Below the pieces are notes generated by a model. The model did not search any database. It saw nothing but the letters and a program-made list of their open reading frames with translations, and was not told where the DNA came from. A stretch of 64,000 bases of DNA, taken from a bacterium. GTDB lineage: Bacteria; Zixibacteria; MSB-5A5; GN15; FEB-12. The stretch spans positions 39,755-103,754 of the forward strand of contig JBDRNJ010000019.1 of assembly GCA_043811375.1 (NCBI GenBank), in the 5' to 3' direction. The translations under genes and the position numbers were made by a program. Below are positions 1-9,090 of the stretch, piece after piece (the first letter of the stretch is position 1; every line of letters starts with the position of its first letter).

Positions 1-8
1 ACTTTTCT

Positions 9-356
9 ATGGCACTGTGGGCACGGGGACAACGCTTCCCGACGATTGGCGAACAAACGCCAATAATCGCGTACGATTTTGAGCAGGATTCCTGCTACGT
101 GCTGCGGTTTGTTACCGGCAATTGCTGGTCGCCACAACTGTTACATAGAGATGATCAACTGTTCTGCTTCTGCGATGGGCCAGGCAGTAAGTGGAGCTTC
201 TGTATCGTGGAAGACTCGATCCCCAGGCCATTGCACTCTATTGGATACCCCGTGCAGTTCGGTGAATGTGTATTATATCACGACTCTGTTGTGATCAGGA
301 CAGAAAGCAATTGTGACAAGGACTACGGGATACAAACTCACGTGATACTCAGATGA
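9..356 (+). CDS. Hypothetical protein, probably the 3' part of a gene starting left of the window
   Basis: Frame is open to the window edge; stop is followed by a REP-like hairpin; no recognisable motif. Confidence 0.35.
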   Translation: MALWARGQRFPTIGEQTPIIAYDFEQDSCYVLRFVTGNCWSPQLLHRDDQLFCFCDGPGSKWSFCIVEDSIPRPLHSIGYPVQFGECVLYHDSVVIRTESNCDKDYGIQTHVILR

Positions 357-404
357 TCCATCCGTTCGAGGCGTTGATTTTTCTCGTCTGGTCAGCTTAG
401 TCCT

Positions 405-473
405 GTAGGGCAGGTCTGTCTTCAAACCCGCAATTATTTCCAAAAGGCGGATTCGAAGACGGATCCGCCCTAC
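405..473. repeat. GTAG-type REP doublet (REPIN-like inverted repeat)
   Basis: GTAGGGCAGGTCTGTCTTCAAACCCGC ... GGCGGATTCGAAGACGGATCCGCCCTAC form imperfect inverted arms with GTAG/CTAC ends. Confidence 0.75.
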
Positions 474-475
474 GA

Positions 476-552
476 CGCAGTGTAATGGCCCCGTCAGGCG
501 GCGCGCTTGCTTTGGGAGCAAGATGTCGGAGGTTCAAATCCTCTCACCCCGA
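476..552 (+). pseudogene. Degenerate tRNA-Pro(UGG) copy 1
   Basis: Intact anticodon arm CTTGC-TTTGGGA-GCAAG, T arm GGTTCAAATCC and 3' acceptor CACCCCGA; 5' acceptor and D arm are disrupted. Confidence 0.75.
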
Positions 553-852
553 TTTTGAATATCCGCTGTTATCCTCCAGGAAACCAAAGAAACAGACTTG
601 ATTGCCAGGGGTTTCCCCAGTCACCGCTCCTTCGCTGCAGACGGTAAGGGGCGGTAGAATACGGTAAGATACGGCCAATAATAGCACAAATTCAGCATAG
701 CTGATAACCAGGTTGAAATCGCTCTACTCCTGAGACTCAGAGCCAGTTTGCTCACGATTTGGATGTGGTCATACGTTGTCCGGGAATCAATTGTGCAAAT
801 CCATCGTTCACGGTATATTCCCTTTTAATGTGAGAACTGACAAAAGACACGA

Positions 853-1143
853 ATGATGATCACAGCACAGCGACACAGATTATGGATTATGGTTCTCACC
901 ATTCTCTGGCTTATTCTCATAGGCTGGTTGCTGCACCATACCGCGGAAGGACACCATGGTGAAGACCATAACAACTGTCCTCTGTGTCTTGCAGCAGTAG
1001 GAATGCTTCTTGCTGCCGCAGCAGTCATTCTGCGGTTAGGGCTGGTTCTCATAGGTTTCTTATGCCACCACGAGCGATCGATTTGCTCTGTTCTGCTCTT
1101 TGTAACGCGGGGACGTAGCCCTCCTATTCCCAGTAAACTCTAA
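853..1143 (+). CDS. DUF2946-like small membrane protein / putative metal-responsive leader peptide (His cluster, CPLC, C-terminal RSPP)
   Basis: N-terminal TM helix, HHTAEGHHGEDHNNCPLC, C-terminal GRSPP; lies directly upstream of a His-rich OM protein. Confidence 0.65.
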   Translation: MMITAQRHRLWIMVLTILWLILIGWLLHHTAEGHHGEDHNNCPLCLAAVGMLLAAAAVILRLGLVLIGFLCHHERSICSVLLFVTRGRSPPIPSKL

Positions 1144-1225
1144 GCGCCTGAATCGCCATAGGCGGCGCCAAACGTTACCAGTTCACTTGCCACTGAAGGC
1201 AAGCAATCATCATCAGGAGGATAGC

Positions 1226-2389
1226 ATGGCTATACGAACATTGGTGGTGTTTCTGTGTGTGTGCTTCGGTTGCGTCGCACACGAACAGACCACAACAAAT
1301 CCAGATATATCAGCAACCGGAGACTTCCGAGTCTTCAGTCATAACGATAAACTTCGCACCGATGAGGCCGAGGAACTGAATCTTGCTACTCCGGATTTCG
1401 AGCTGGATATCGCCGGAAATCTCAATCCGAATGCGCGTGCTGACGCCGTTATAGCCTGGCACGGGGAACACAATGCCGAAATCGAAGAGTTGTTCGTGAC
1501 CATCGAGAGTGGATTACCCCTGGGGGCAAACCTTCGTGTTGGTAAGCACCTGCTCGAGTTCGGAAGATTGAATCCTGTTCACCCTCATGCGTATTCATTC
1601 ATCAAACGACCCCTGCCGCATAAAATGTTCTTCGGCGAGGAGGGACTTGCCGATGTAGCAATCCGCAGCGGCTTCCTCCTGCCGACAGGAGATGCCAACA
1701 CCGAGACAATAGTGGGGCTCCTCAAAGGGGATGCCTTTGCTTCCCATGAGCACGGGCACGAAGAAGAAAGTGAAGAGCACCCGTACGAAGAAATGGCGGA
1801 GCCTAAGCGGGGTCTCGGCTTCTTCGGTCGAGCTACCACTTTTTTTACTGTGAATAAATCAGCAAATCTGGCTTTTGGCAGTTCGGTCGTCAACGCCGTG
1901 CATGGCTTTCACGAGTATGAACACGAAGAGGGTGCCGTGAACCATCATGAGGCACCGGACGAGCTTCGAGCGTGGTTGTTGGGCGGCGATGTGAAGTACA
2001 AGTACAGACCGAATCGAAACACAGCACTCCAGATTGAAGCTGAAGGGATTGTCCGAATTGCAGAACAGGGTGAGGTGATTGATGATCTTACCTCGTATGG
2101 TGGTTACGGTTACATCGACTACCGATTCCGCCAGCAGTACAACCTTGGCGGCATCTTTGAATGGATTCGAGTCGAAGAACTCCATGAGGAGGAGGGCACT
2201 GAAGAACACGAGATTCACCGCACAGATACCTGGCGGGCCGGTCTGTTTGTAGGCTGGTCGCCGATCGAAGAGACCAGTCTGGTCCGACTTGCCGGACACT
2301 GGACAGAACCGGGGTACGGCGATGGTTTCTGGGAAATGACCCTGCAGCTCGTGGTGAGCCTCGGATCTCATAAGCCACACGATTTCTAG
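1226..2389 (+). CDS. His/Glu-rich outer-membrane beta-barrel protein, probable Zn/Ni/Co uptake porin
   Basis: AGGAGG RBS before ATG 1226, signal peptide, FGRLNPVHPH motif, amphipathic beta strands, His/Glu-rich loops, C-terminal G-S-H-K-P-H-D-F. Confidence 0.7.
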   Translation: MAIRTLVVFLCVCFGCVAHEQTTTNPDISATGDFRVFSHNDKLRTDEAEELNLATPDFELDIAGNLNPNARADAVIAWHGEHNAEIEELFVTIESGLPLGANLRVGKHLLEFGRLNPVHPHAYSFIKRPLPHKMFFGEEGLADVAIRSGFLLPTGDANTETIVGLLKGDAFASHEHGHEEESEEHPYEEMAEPKRGLGFFGRATTFFTVNKSANLAFGSSVVNAVHGFHEYEHEEGAVNHHEAPDELRAWLLGGDVKYKYRPNRNTALQIEAEGIVRIAEQGEVIDDLTSYGGYGYIDYRFRQQYNLGGIFEWIRVEELHEEEGTEEHEIHRTDTWRAGLFVGWSPIEETSLVRLAGHWTEPGYGDGFWEMTLQLVVSLGSHKPHDF

Positions 2390-2456
2390 GTGGGCAGGTG
2401 AAGAGCATAATATAAGTATTACAAGTACTATTCATAACCTACTGCTGCCATCTTAG

Positions 2457-2666
2457 CTGTTTGGTTTTTTCGAATTGGCAGCAGGCAACTTCCTAACGTT
2501 TTGGCTTGACATACCAACCGGCGCCACGGTCGTCGCCATATTGGGTGCGTTACTACTGCTGTTCTTCTCTGTGCGATGGATAGCCAGTAAGAGGCTAAGA
2601 CGGATCACGAGACGGTACAACTCCGCCGACCCGACCATTGATAGCGATCAGGTTTGGCACACTTGA
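2457..2666 (+). pseudogene. C-terminal remnant of a ZnuB/MntB-type metal ABC permease
   Basis: LFGFFELAAGNFLTFWLDIPTGATVVAILG resembles the last two helices (LD-x-P-x-G-A-x-x-V) of ABC-3 permeases; in-frame TAG at 2454 and no N-terminal part. Confidence 0.55.
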
Positions 2667-2696
2667 CGTAACTCCCCAATCAGGAATGGGGTATAT

Positions 2697-2720
2697 AGGT
2701 TCAAATCCTCTCACCCCGAT
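2697..2720 (+). repeat. 24-bp tRNA-Pro 3' end duplication (att-like site)
   Basis: AGGTTCAAATCCTCTCACCCCGAT is identical to 530-553 and 7628-7651. Confidence 0.85.
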
Positions 2721-3116
2721 AGATTTGTCTCCCCTATTCCTTTCATTATTGGTGGTTTTCATTGAGAATAGGCAGTGACTCACTTGGACGGATTTTTCGT
2801 TGGATTGCTCGCGGAAGATTGGCTGTCTGACGGTGCTCCATTGGCAGGTGGATGACGTATCGCTTACGACTGGCGAGGGCTGCCGGACGTTCCAAAGCTT
2901 CAGGATACATCATGATCGAGCATGCCTGAAAGTTGGCGGGAGGGGAGGTCATCCGGCATTGCCGCTGATCCAAGGTCAGGGATCGGTAGACCGTATCTCA
3001 CCGATTGATTTCGTGGAACATCAGCGCCCCCGTTGAGTTAAAGATACATTGGTGTTGCGTCCGGGCCGGCCTTGAGATATATTCACGACGGCCTTCACTG
3101 CTTTCAACGAGGTAAC

Positions 3117-4478
3117 ATGACACGACTGCGAACAGCCTTAAGACGATTTTCCGCTATCATCTTCATCCCGTTTCCGTTTGCCCTTTGCCTGCTTCTGGCG
3201 GCGTGCTCGGGCAATCCTGATGGAGGTTCGGGAGGAGCCAATGCGCGCCTGATGCCGGCGGTGGAGGCAGTGCAAGCCAGGTACGGCAGCCTTCCTCTGA
3301 CCGAGCGCCTGAGCGGCCTCGTTCGGGCCAGGAACCAGGTGGAGTTGTATCCCCAGATCAGCGCGGCGGTGGTTCAGGTATATGTCCAGAACGGTGATCC
3401 GGTGAAGTCCGGGGATCCGCTGGTACGGCTACGCGATACCGAGTTACGGGAGCGACTCAAGCAGGTCGAAGCGAATTATCAGATCACCGTGGCACAGGCC
3501 AGGCAGGCCGATGCCGATATGCAGCGGATTCAGGCGGAACTGAATCGCAGCACCAACCTTGCCCAGAAAGACCTTATAAGCCCGACCGAATTCGAGACCA
3601 TGCAGACTCAGGCAATAGCCGCTGAGGCCGAAGCTGAGCTGGCGCGGGCGCGAGTGGAACAGGCGCAGGCCTCCGTTGATGAACGAATAGAGGCATTATC
3701 GCGAACGGTCGTTCGGGCTCCGGTCGATGGTACGGTCGGCAATCGCAACGCCGAAGTCGGCATGCTGGTCACCCCGAACACCAAGCTGTTTACGCTTGGG
3801 CAGCTCGATTCCATTCGCGTTGAAGTGATACTCACCGACCGCATGCTTTCATACATCAAAGAAGATCAGCGATCCGAAATTTCTTCGCCGAGTATCCCCT
3901 TTGGTTCGATTGATGCTCCGGTTGCACGCATTTCCCCATTCCTGCATCCGGTCACCCATAGTACGATTGCCGAGATTGATCTGGTCAACCTCGAAGGCGC
4001 TCTGAATCCGGGAATGTTTGTTTCAGTAGACATATTTTATGGCGAAAGCGAAGTGGCCACGTTGGTCCCACTGAGCTCCCTCTGGGAAAATCCGGCCACG
4101 GTAAGCGTCGGAGTGTTTGTCACCCGCGACTCGTTGACAGGCGAACCGGTTGCCGTGTTCGACGATCCACGCGGCGGTTCACTCACTGATCCGGTTTCTT
4201 TTGAGTTTGTGCCGGTTGAAGTAATCGCCCAAGGTCGAATGAACGCCGGGGTGCGAGGCCTCGACCCGGGAAGCTGGGTAGTGACGATCGGCCAGAATTT
4301 GCTGGGCGCTGATACCGCACAGGCGCGAGTGCGGCCGGTCAACTGGGATTGGGTTGAGAAACTGCAGCAGCTTCAGCGCGAAGACTTGCTGGAGGAGATC
4401 ATACAGCGCCAACAGACGGGTGCCGGCGATACTACTCTGATCGGCATGACACCGGCCGGTTGCCGGGACGCCGCATGA
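3117..4478 (+). CDS. RND efflux periplasmic adaptor (MFP) lipoprotein
   Basis: Lipobox LAAC, coiled-coil hairpin, VRAPVDG, LNPGMFV; ATGA overlap with the RND gene. Confidence 0.92.
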   Translation: MTRLRTALRRFSAIIFIPFPFALCLLLAACSGNPDGGSGGANARLMPAVEAVQARYGSLPLTERLSGLVRARNQVELYPQISAAVVQVYVQNGDPVKSGDPLVRLRDTELRERLKQVEANYQITVAQARQADADMQRIQAELNRSTNLAQKDLISPTEFETMQTQAIAAEAEAELARARVEQAQASVDERIEALSRTVVRAPVDGTVGNRNAEVGMLVTPNTKLFTLGQLDSIRVEVILTDRMLSYIKEDQRSEISSPSIPFGSIDAPVARISPFLHPVTHSTIAEIDLVNLEGALNPGMFVSVDIFYGESEVATLVPLSSLWENPATVSVGVFVTRDSLTGEPVAVFDDPRGGSLTDPVSFEFVPVEVIAQGRMNAGVRGLDPGSWVVTIGQNLLGADTAQARVRPVNWDWVEKLQQLQREDLLEEIIQRQQTGAGDTTLIGMTPAGCRDAA

Positions 4479-7400
4479 ACATTACCAGAATAGCTGTCAA
4501 ACGTCCCATTGCCACTTCTATGGTGTTTCTTATCATCATTGTGCTCGGCATCATGGGATTCAGGTTTTTGCCGGTTGATCTGTTGCCGCCGATCGAGTAC
4601 CCGATGCTCAGTATCTCCACCAGCTATCCCAACGTTGGGCCGGAAGAAATTGAGACAATTATCACGGACCGGGTGGAAAACGCCGTCGCCGTCGTGCCCA
4701 ACCTTACGGAAGTGCGTTCGGACTCCGAAGAGGGGCGGAGCCGGGTAAGGCTTGAGTTTGCACAGGGCACTGATATCGATGCCGCAGCCAACGATATCCG
4801 GGCGGCGCTTGATAGGATCCGTGATGATTTCCCCCCCGAAGTCGAGCCGCCGCGGCTGTGGAAATTCGATCCTGATAATTTCCCGGTTCTTATTATGGGG
4901 GCGCAGTCGCACCGTTCGATGGATGAACTGACGCTCATTCTCGAAAGAGAGATTACCCAGCGTTTCGAACAGATTCCCGGAGTCGGTTCGATCGATGTCT
5001 GGGGAGGCATATATCGCGAAGTCCAGGTTCGGCTCAAACGCGACCGCCTTGCGTCCAGCCATCTCACCGCGGCCGATGTACGCGCGGCGCTGCAACGCGA
5101 AAATGTTACCCTGCCCGGCGGCGACATGCGCGAAGGGATCAGCGACATGTATATCCGTACCCGGGGCGAGTACCAATCTCTCGACGAGATCGCCAACACG
5201 ATCATTACAGTGATCGACGGCTACCCGATTCGGGTGCGCGATGTCGCCGATGTAGTGGACGGCTTCCAGGACATCAACCGCATCGTACAGATCGACGGCC
5301 GGCCAATGGTTCGCCTGGGGATTCGCAAGCAGTCAGGGGCCAACACGGTCGCAGTAGCGCAACAGGCACGCGCGGTGATGGAACAGATCAATCGGGAGCG
5401 TGAAGATATCGATCTAGTGCTCGTCATCGATCAGAGCGATTTCATCCAGAACTCTATTGACAACGTCAAACGGTCGGCCCTTTTCGGTGGGCTCCTCGCG
5501 ATCTTCATACTCTATCTTTTCTTGCGCAACGGTTCGACCACGTTCATCATTGCAGTGTCAATTCCGATCTCGATTATCGCTACCTTCGGATTGCTGTTCT
5601 TCAATAATCTCACTCTGAATCAGATGAGTTTCGGCGGACTGGCTCTGGGGATAGGGTTAATCGTCGACAGTGCCATTGTGGTGCTCGAGAATATCGTCCG
5701 CTTGCGAGAAGGCCGTCACACACTCGAGGAAAGCGCCCTCACCGGTACCAAGCAGGTAACCGGCGCTATCATCGCATCGACTCTTACGACTACTGTCATC
5801 TTTCTGCCGGTGGTTTTCATGCAGACCATATCCGGCATGCTCTTTCGAGAACTGGCGCTAGTAGTGGTGTTCGCCCTCTTGTGTTCCTTGTTGGTGGCGC
5901 TAACGCTTGTGCCGATGCTCGCCAGCCGATATTTGACGGTTCCGGCCGGCGGTCGCAGCGACGAGGATCGCGTATTGCGCATCGGCAAGTGGTTCGAACG
6001 TCTCGAAGGCCGGTATGCGGGTCTACTCGATAAAGCAATGCGACACAAGAAAATCGTTTTCGGCGTTACGGCATTGCTGTTGACCGGGACCCTGTTGTTG
6101 TGGCCGCTGTTGCCGGTAGAGCTGGCGCCGCAAACCGATGCTGATGAGATCGGTATTGACCTGGAGATGGCTCAAGGGACCAATATCGCCGTGGTCAATC
6201 GCTACCTGAGCGAGTTGGAGCAGATCGTGCGTGACGTCGCTCCGATGGATCAGATCCGCCATATCACCACCCAGATTCGTCCGGGGAATGCCGAAGTGGA
6301 AATCTCGCTGAAGAACGCCGAGGAACGCTCGATCAACAGTTTCGTTTTGGCCGACCGCCTTCGTCGCGAGGTCTCGGGTAAGATTCCTGGTGCTAACATC
6401 CGGGTCTCGGCACAATCAGGGCTGTGGATGCTGCGTCGATTGTTCGGTTCGGGGGGAGCCGAGGCGGTACAAATCGAACTGCGCGGCTACGACCTGGCGA
6501 TGGCCGACCTTTTAGCTACAGACATCAAGCAGATTGTCGAGCGCATCCCTGAGGTGGCCGACGTTCGGACCAGCCGACGTGAGGGAAGACCGGAACAGAA
6601 TCTAATCATCGATCGCGAGAAGATCGCCGATCTGGGTCTGTCGGTGAACCAGATCGCACAGATAATCCAGACAAATGTCGGCGGCAGTCGCGCCGGAGTC
6701 TTTCGTGAAGGTGGCGAGGAATTCCCTATCACGGTGCGCCTGCAGCCGAAAGACCGCCTGACCACCAGCGACTTGAGCAACATAACCGTACGCAGCAACA
6801 GCGGCGATATTATTCCCGTGTCGTCGTTGGTGCAAACCCAGCGACGGCGCAGCCCGACCGAGATCGAGCGCATCGACGGGCAGCGTGTAACCTACATAAC
6901 CGCCAACCTTGAAAGTGGCGCGGCTCTTGGGGATGTTGTCGAAAAACTGCAGAAGGCCGTTCAGACGGTGGCCCTGCCCAAAGGATTCTCGGTCTTGTTC
7001 GGTGGCGAATATGAGGAGCAGCAGCAGGCGCAGACCGATTTTCTCTTGTCGGTCTTAATGGCCGTTGTTCTCATTTACATGGTGATGGCGGCGCAGTTTG
7101 AACGATTTCTGGATCCGCTAATCGTGATGGTCTCGGTGCCTCTGGCCATTATCGGTGTCGTACCCACTCTCTTGCTGACCGGCACGACCCTGAACATACA
7201 AAGTCTAATGGGTATCATCATGCTCATAGGCATTGTGGTCAACAACGCTATTGTCCTGGTCGACTATATCAATTTGATGCGCCGTGAGCGCAATCTCGAT
7301 ATCACCGCCGCCGTCATGCAGTCGGCGCGACTACGCCTGCGGCCGATCCTGATGACCACGTGCACGACGGTGCTGGCGATGCTGCCGCTGGCGTTTGTGC

Positions 7401-7540
7401 TGGGTGCGGGAGGCGAAATCCAGGCGGCGCTGGCGCGGGCGGTCATTGGCGGCCTGACAGTGTCATCCCTCATAACCTTGATCCTCATCCCGGTCACGTA
7501 CACCAGCGTGCACAATCTACTAGCCAGAGTCCGCTCCTGA
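4475..7540 (+). CDS. RND (AcrB/AcrD/AcrF family) efflux permease
   Basis: AVKRPIAT start, GLIVDSAIVVLENI, RLRPILMTT, GIVVNNAIVLVD. Confidence 0.95.
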   Translation: MNITRIAVKRPIATSMVFLIIIVLGIMGFRFLPVDLLPPIEYPMLSISTSYPNVGPEEIETIITDRVENAVAVVPNLTEVRSDSEEGRSRVRLEFAQGTDIDAAANDIRAALDRIRDDFPPEVEPPRLWKFDPDNFPVLIMGAQSHRSMDELTLILEREITQRFEQIPGVGSIDVWGGIYREVQVRLKRDRLASSHLTAADVRAALQRENVTLPGGDMREGISDMYIRTRGEYQSLDEIANTIITVIDGYPIRVRDVADVVDGFQDINRIVQIDGRPMVRLGIRKQSGANTVAVAQQARAVMEQINREREDIDLVLVIDQSDFIQNSIDNVKRSALFGGLLAIFILYLFLRNGSTTFIIAVSIPISIIATFGLLFFNNLTLNQMSFGGLALGIGLIVDSAIVVLENIVRLREGRHTLEESALTGTKQVTGAIIASTLTTTVIFLPVVFMQTISGMLFRELALVVVFALLCSLLVALTLVPMLASRYLTVPAGGRSDEDRVLRIGKWFERLEGRYAGLLDKAMRHKKIVFGVTALLLTGTLLLWPLLPVELAPQTDADEIGIDLEMAQGTNIAVVNRYLSELEQIVRDVAPMDQIRHITTQIRPGNAEVEISLKNAEERSINSFVLADRLRREVSGKIPGANIRVSAQSGLWMLRRLFGSGGAEAVQIELRGYDLAMADLLATDIKQIVERIPEVADVRTSRREGRPEQNLIIDREKIADLGLSVNQIAQIIQTNVGGSRAGVFREGGEEFPITVRLQPKDRLTTSDLSNITVRSNSGDIIPVSSLVQTQRRRSPTEIERIDGQRVTYITANLESGAALGDVVEKLQKAVQTVALPKGFSVLFGGEYEEQQQAQTDFLLSVLMAVVLIYMVMAAQFERFLDPLIVMVSVPLAIIGVVPTLLLTGTTLNIQSLMGIIMLIGIVVNNAIVLVDYINLMRRERNLDITAAVMQSARLRLRPILMTTCTTVLAMLPLAFVLGAGGEIQAALARAVIGGLTVSSLITLILIPVTYTSVHNLLARVRS

Positions 7541-7576
7541 GCCGTGGTCGGCAGCTATTATCATGGGCGGTAACAA

Positions 7577-7650
7577 CACGGTGTAGCGCAGTCAGGCAGC
7601 GCGTTTGCTTTGGGAGCACGATGTCGGAGGTTCAAATCCTCTCACCCCGA
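7577..7650 (+). pseudogene. Near full-length, degenerate tRNA-Pro(UGG) copy 3
   Basis: CACGGTG-TAGCGCAGTCAGGCAGCGCG-TTTGC-TTTGGGA-GCACG...GGTTCAAATCCTCTCACCCCGA; two acceptor-stem mismatches and a broken anticodon stem. Confidence 0.75.
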
Positions 7651-7730
7651 TTTTGAATGCCCGCAAATCCGTAATCCCGCGCACCACCGGTCGATTCCGG
7701 CCAGAGGTCAATACAGACTGCCCCCCCGAC

Positions 7731-9089
7731 TCAGGCGATCCAGATGCTCTTGATATTGACAAACTCCCTGATGCCGTAATGAGACAATTCCCGCCCGTAG
7801 CCGGATCGTTTGATGCCGCCAAATGGCAGCCGGGGGTCGGATTTGGTCATGCCGTTTATAAACACCGCCCCGGTTTCGATACGGCGAGCTACTTCCTCGG
7901 CCTTTTTCAAATCCCGCGACCAGACGGAACCACCCAGTCCAAATACAGAATCATTGGCCACGGCTATCGCTTCCTCTGTGTCCCTGACCGAGATAATGGC
8001 CGACACCGGCCCGAAAGTCTCCTGTTCGTAGACGGGCATTCCCTTTTTTACGTCGGCCAGGACGGTCGGCAGGTAGTAAGCGCCCGGACGGTCAGCTCGT
8101 TTGCCGCCACAGAGCAATCGTGCTCCCAACTGGATTGACTGCTGTACTTGTTCGTCGAGTTCTGCCATCAGGTCCTCACGAGCCATCGGTCCTACCTGGG
8201 TAGCCTCGTCGAGCGGATCGCCTATCCGCAGCGATTGCATGATCCGGGTCTGCTCTTTCTGGAACTGCTCCACTAACGGCTCGACTACAATGAACCGTTT
8301 AGCGGCGATACAGCTCTGGCCCTGGTTAATCATGCGGGCCGTGGCCGATGTAGCCACGCACTGCGGCAGGTCGGCATCCTCCAGGACCACAAACGGATCC
8401 GATCCGCCCAATTCCAGGACGGTTTTTTTCAGTTCCCGGCCGGCTGTTGCGGCTACCTGCATTCCGGCCGGTTCGCTGCCGGTGAGGGTTACTGCCTTTA
8501 TCAACGGGTTGGTAATGACGTTTTCGACCTGACCGGCCGAGATGAGCAGAGCCTTAAACAGATGGGGCGGAAAGCCCGCCTCACGAAAGATTTCTTCAAT
8601 AGCCAGTGCGCATCCGGGCACATTGGAGGCATGTTTGAGAATCCCGGCGTTACCGGCCATCAGGGTCGGAGCGGCAAAGCGCATCACCTGCCAGAAAGGG
8701 AAATTCCAGGGCATGACGGCCAGCACCACGCCCAACGGTTCGAAAGCGACCAGGCTGCGGCTGGCATCGGTTTCGATCATTTCATCGGCCAGGAATTTCT
8801 CGGCATGGTCGGCGTAGTAATCACAGACCCAGGCGCACTTTTCGATCTCGGCCCGCCCTTCCCTGATCGTCTTGCCCATTTCCAGAGACATCAGCCGGGC
8901 GTACTGGTCAGTTTCACGGCGCTGATACTCCGCAGCCCGGTGCATCAGTTCACTGCGATGGGTAAATGTGGTCCGGCGCCACCGGCGAAAGGCTTCATCG
9001 GCTTCAGAAATAGCACGGGTAATTTGTTTCGAGTCAGGCTCGGCGTATTCCCGAATAAGCTCTCCGGTGGCCGGATTGATCGCTTTCAT
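7731..9089 (-). CDS. gabD: NAD(P)-dependent succinate-semialdehyde dehydrogenase (Sad/GabD-like)
   Basis: MKAINPATGE start, PWNFPFWQ, LELGGSDP, catalytic GQSCIA, ETFGP, PFGGIKRSGYGRELS. Confidence 0.9.
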   Translation of the reverse strand: MKAINPATGELIREYAEPDSKQITRAISEADEAFRRWRRTTFTHRSELMHRAAEYQRRETDQYARLMSLEMGKTIREGRAEIEKCAWVCDYYADHAEKFLADEMIETDASRSLVAFEPLGVVLAVMPWNFPFWQVMRFAAPTLMAGNAGILKHASNVPGCALAIEEIFREAGFPPHLFKALLISAGQVENVITNPLIKAVTLTGSEPAGMQVAATAGRELKKTVLELGGSDPFVVLEDADLPQCVATSATARMINQGQSCIAAKRFIVVEPLVEQFQKEQTRIMQSLRIGDPLDEATQVGPMAREDLMAELDEQVQQSIQLGARLLCGGKRADRPGAYYLPTVLADVKKGMPVYEQETFGPVSAIISVRDTEEAIAVANDSVFGLGGSVWSRDLKKAEEVARRIETGAVFINGMTKSDPRLPFGGIKRSGYGRELSHYGIREFVNIKSIWIA

Positions 9090-9090
9090 T

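Noticed and set aside
2746..3036. Short ORFs between the att-like repeat and the RND operon
   Set aside because: No RBS or motif; possibly decayed coding DNA but unassignable.
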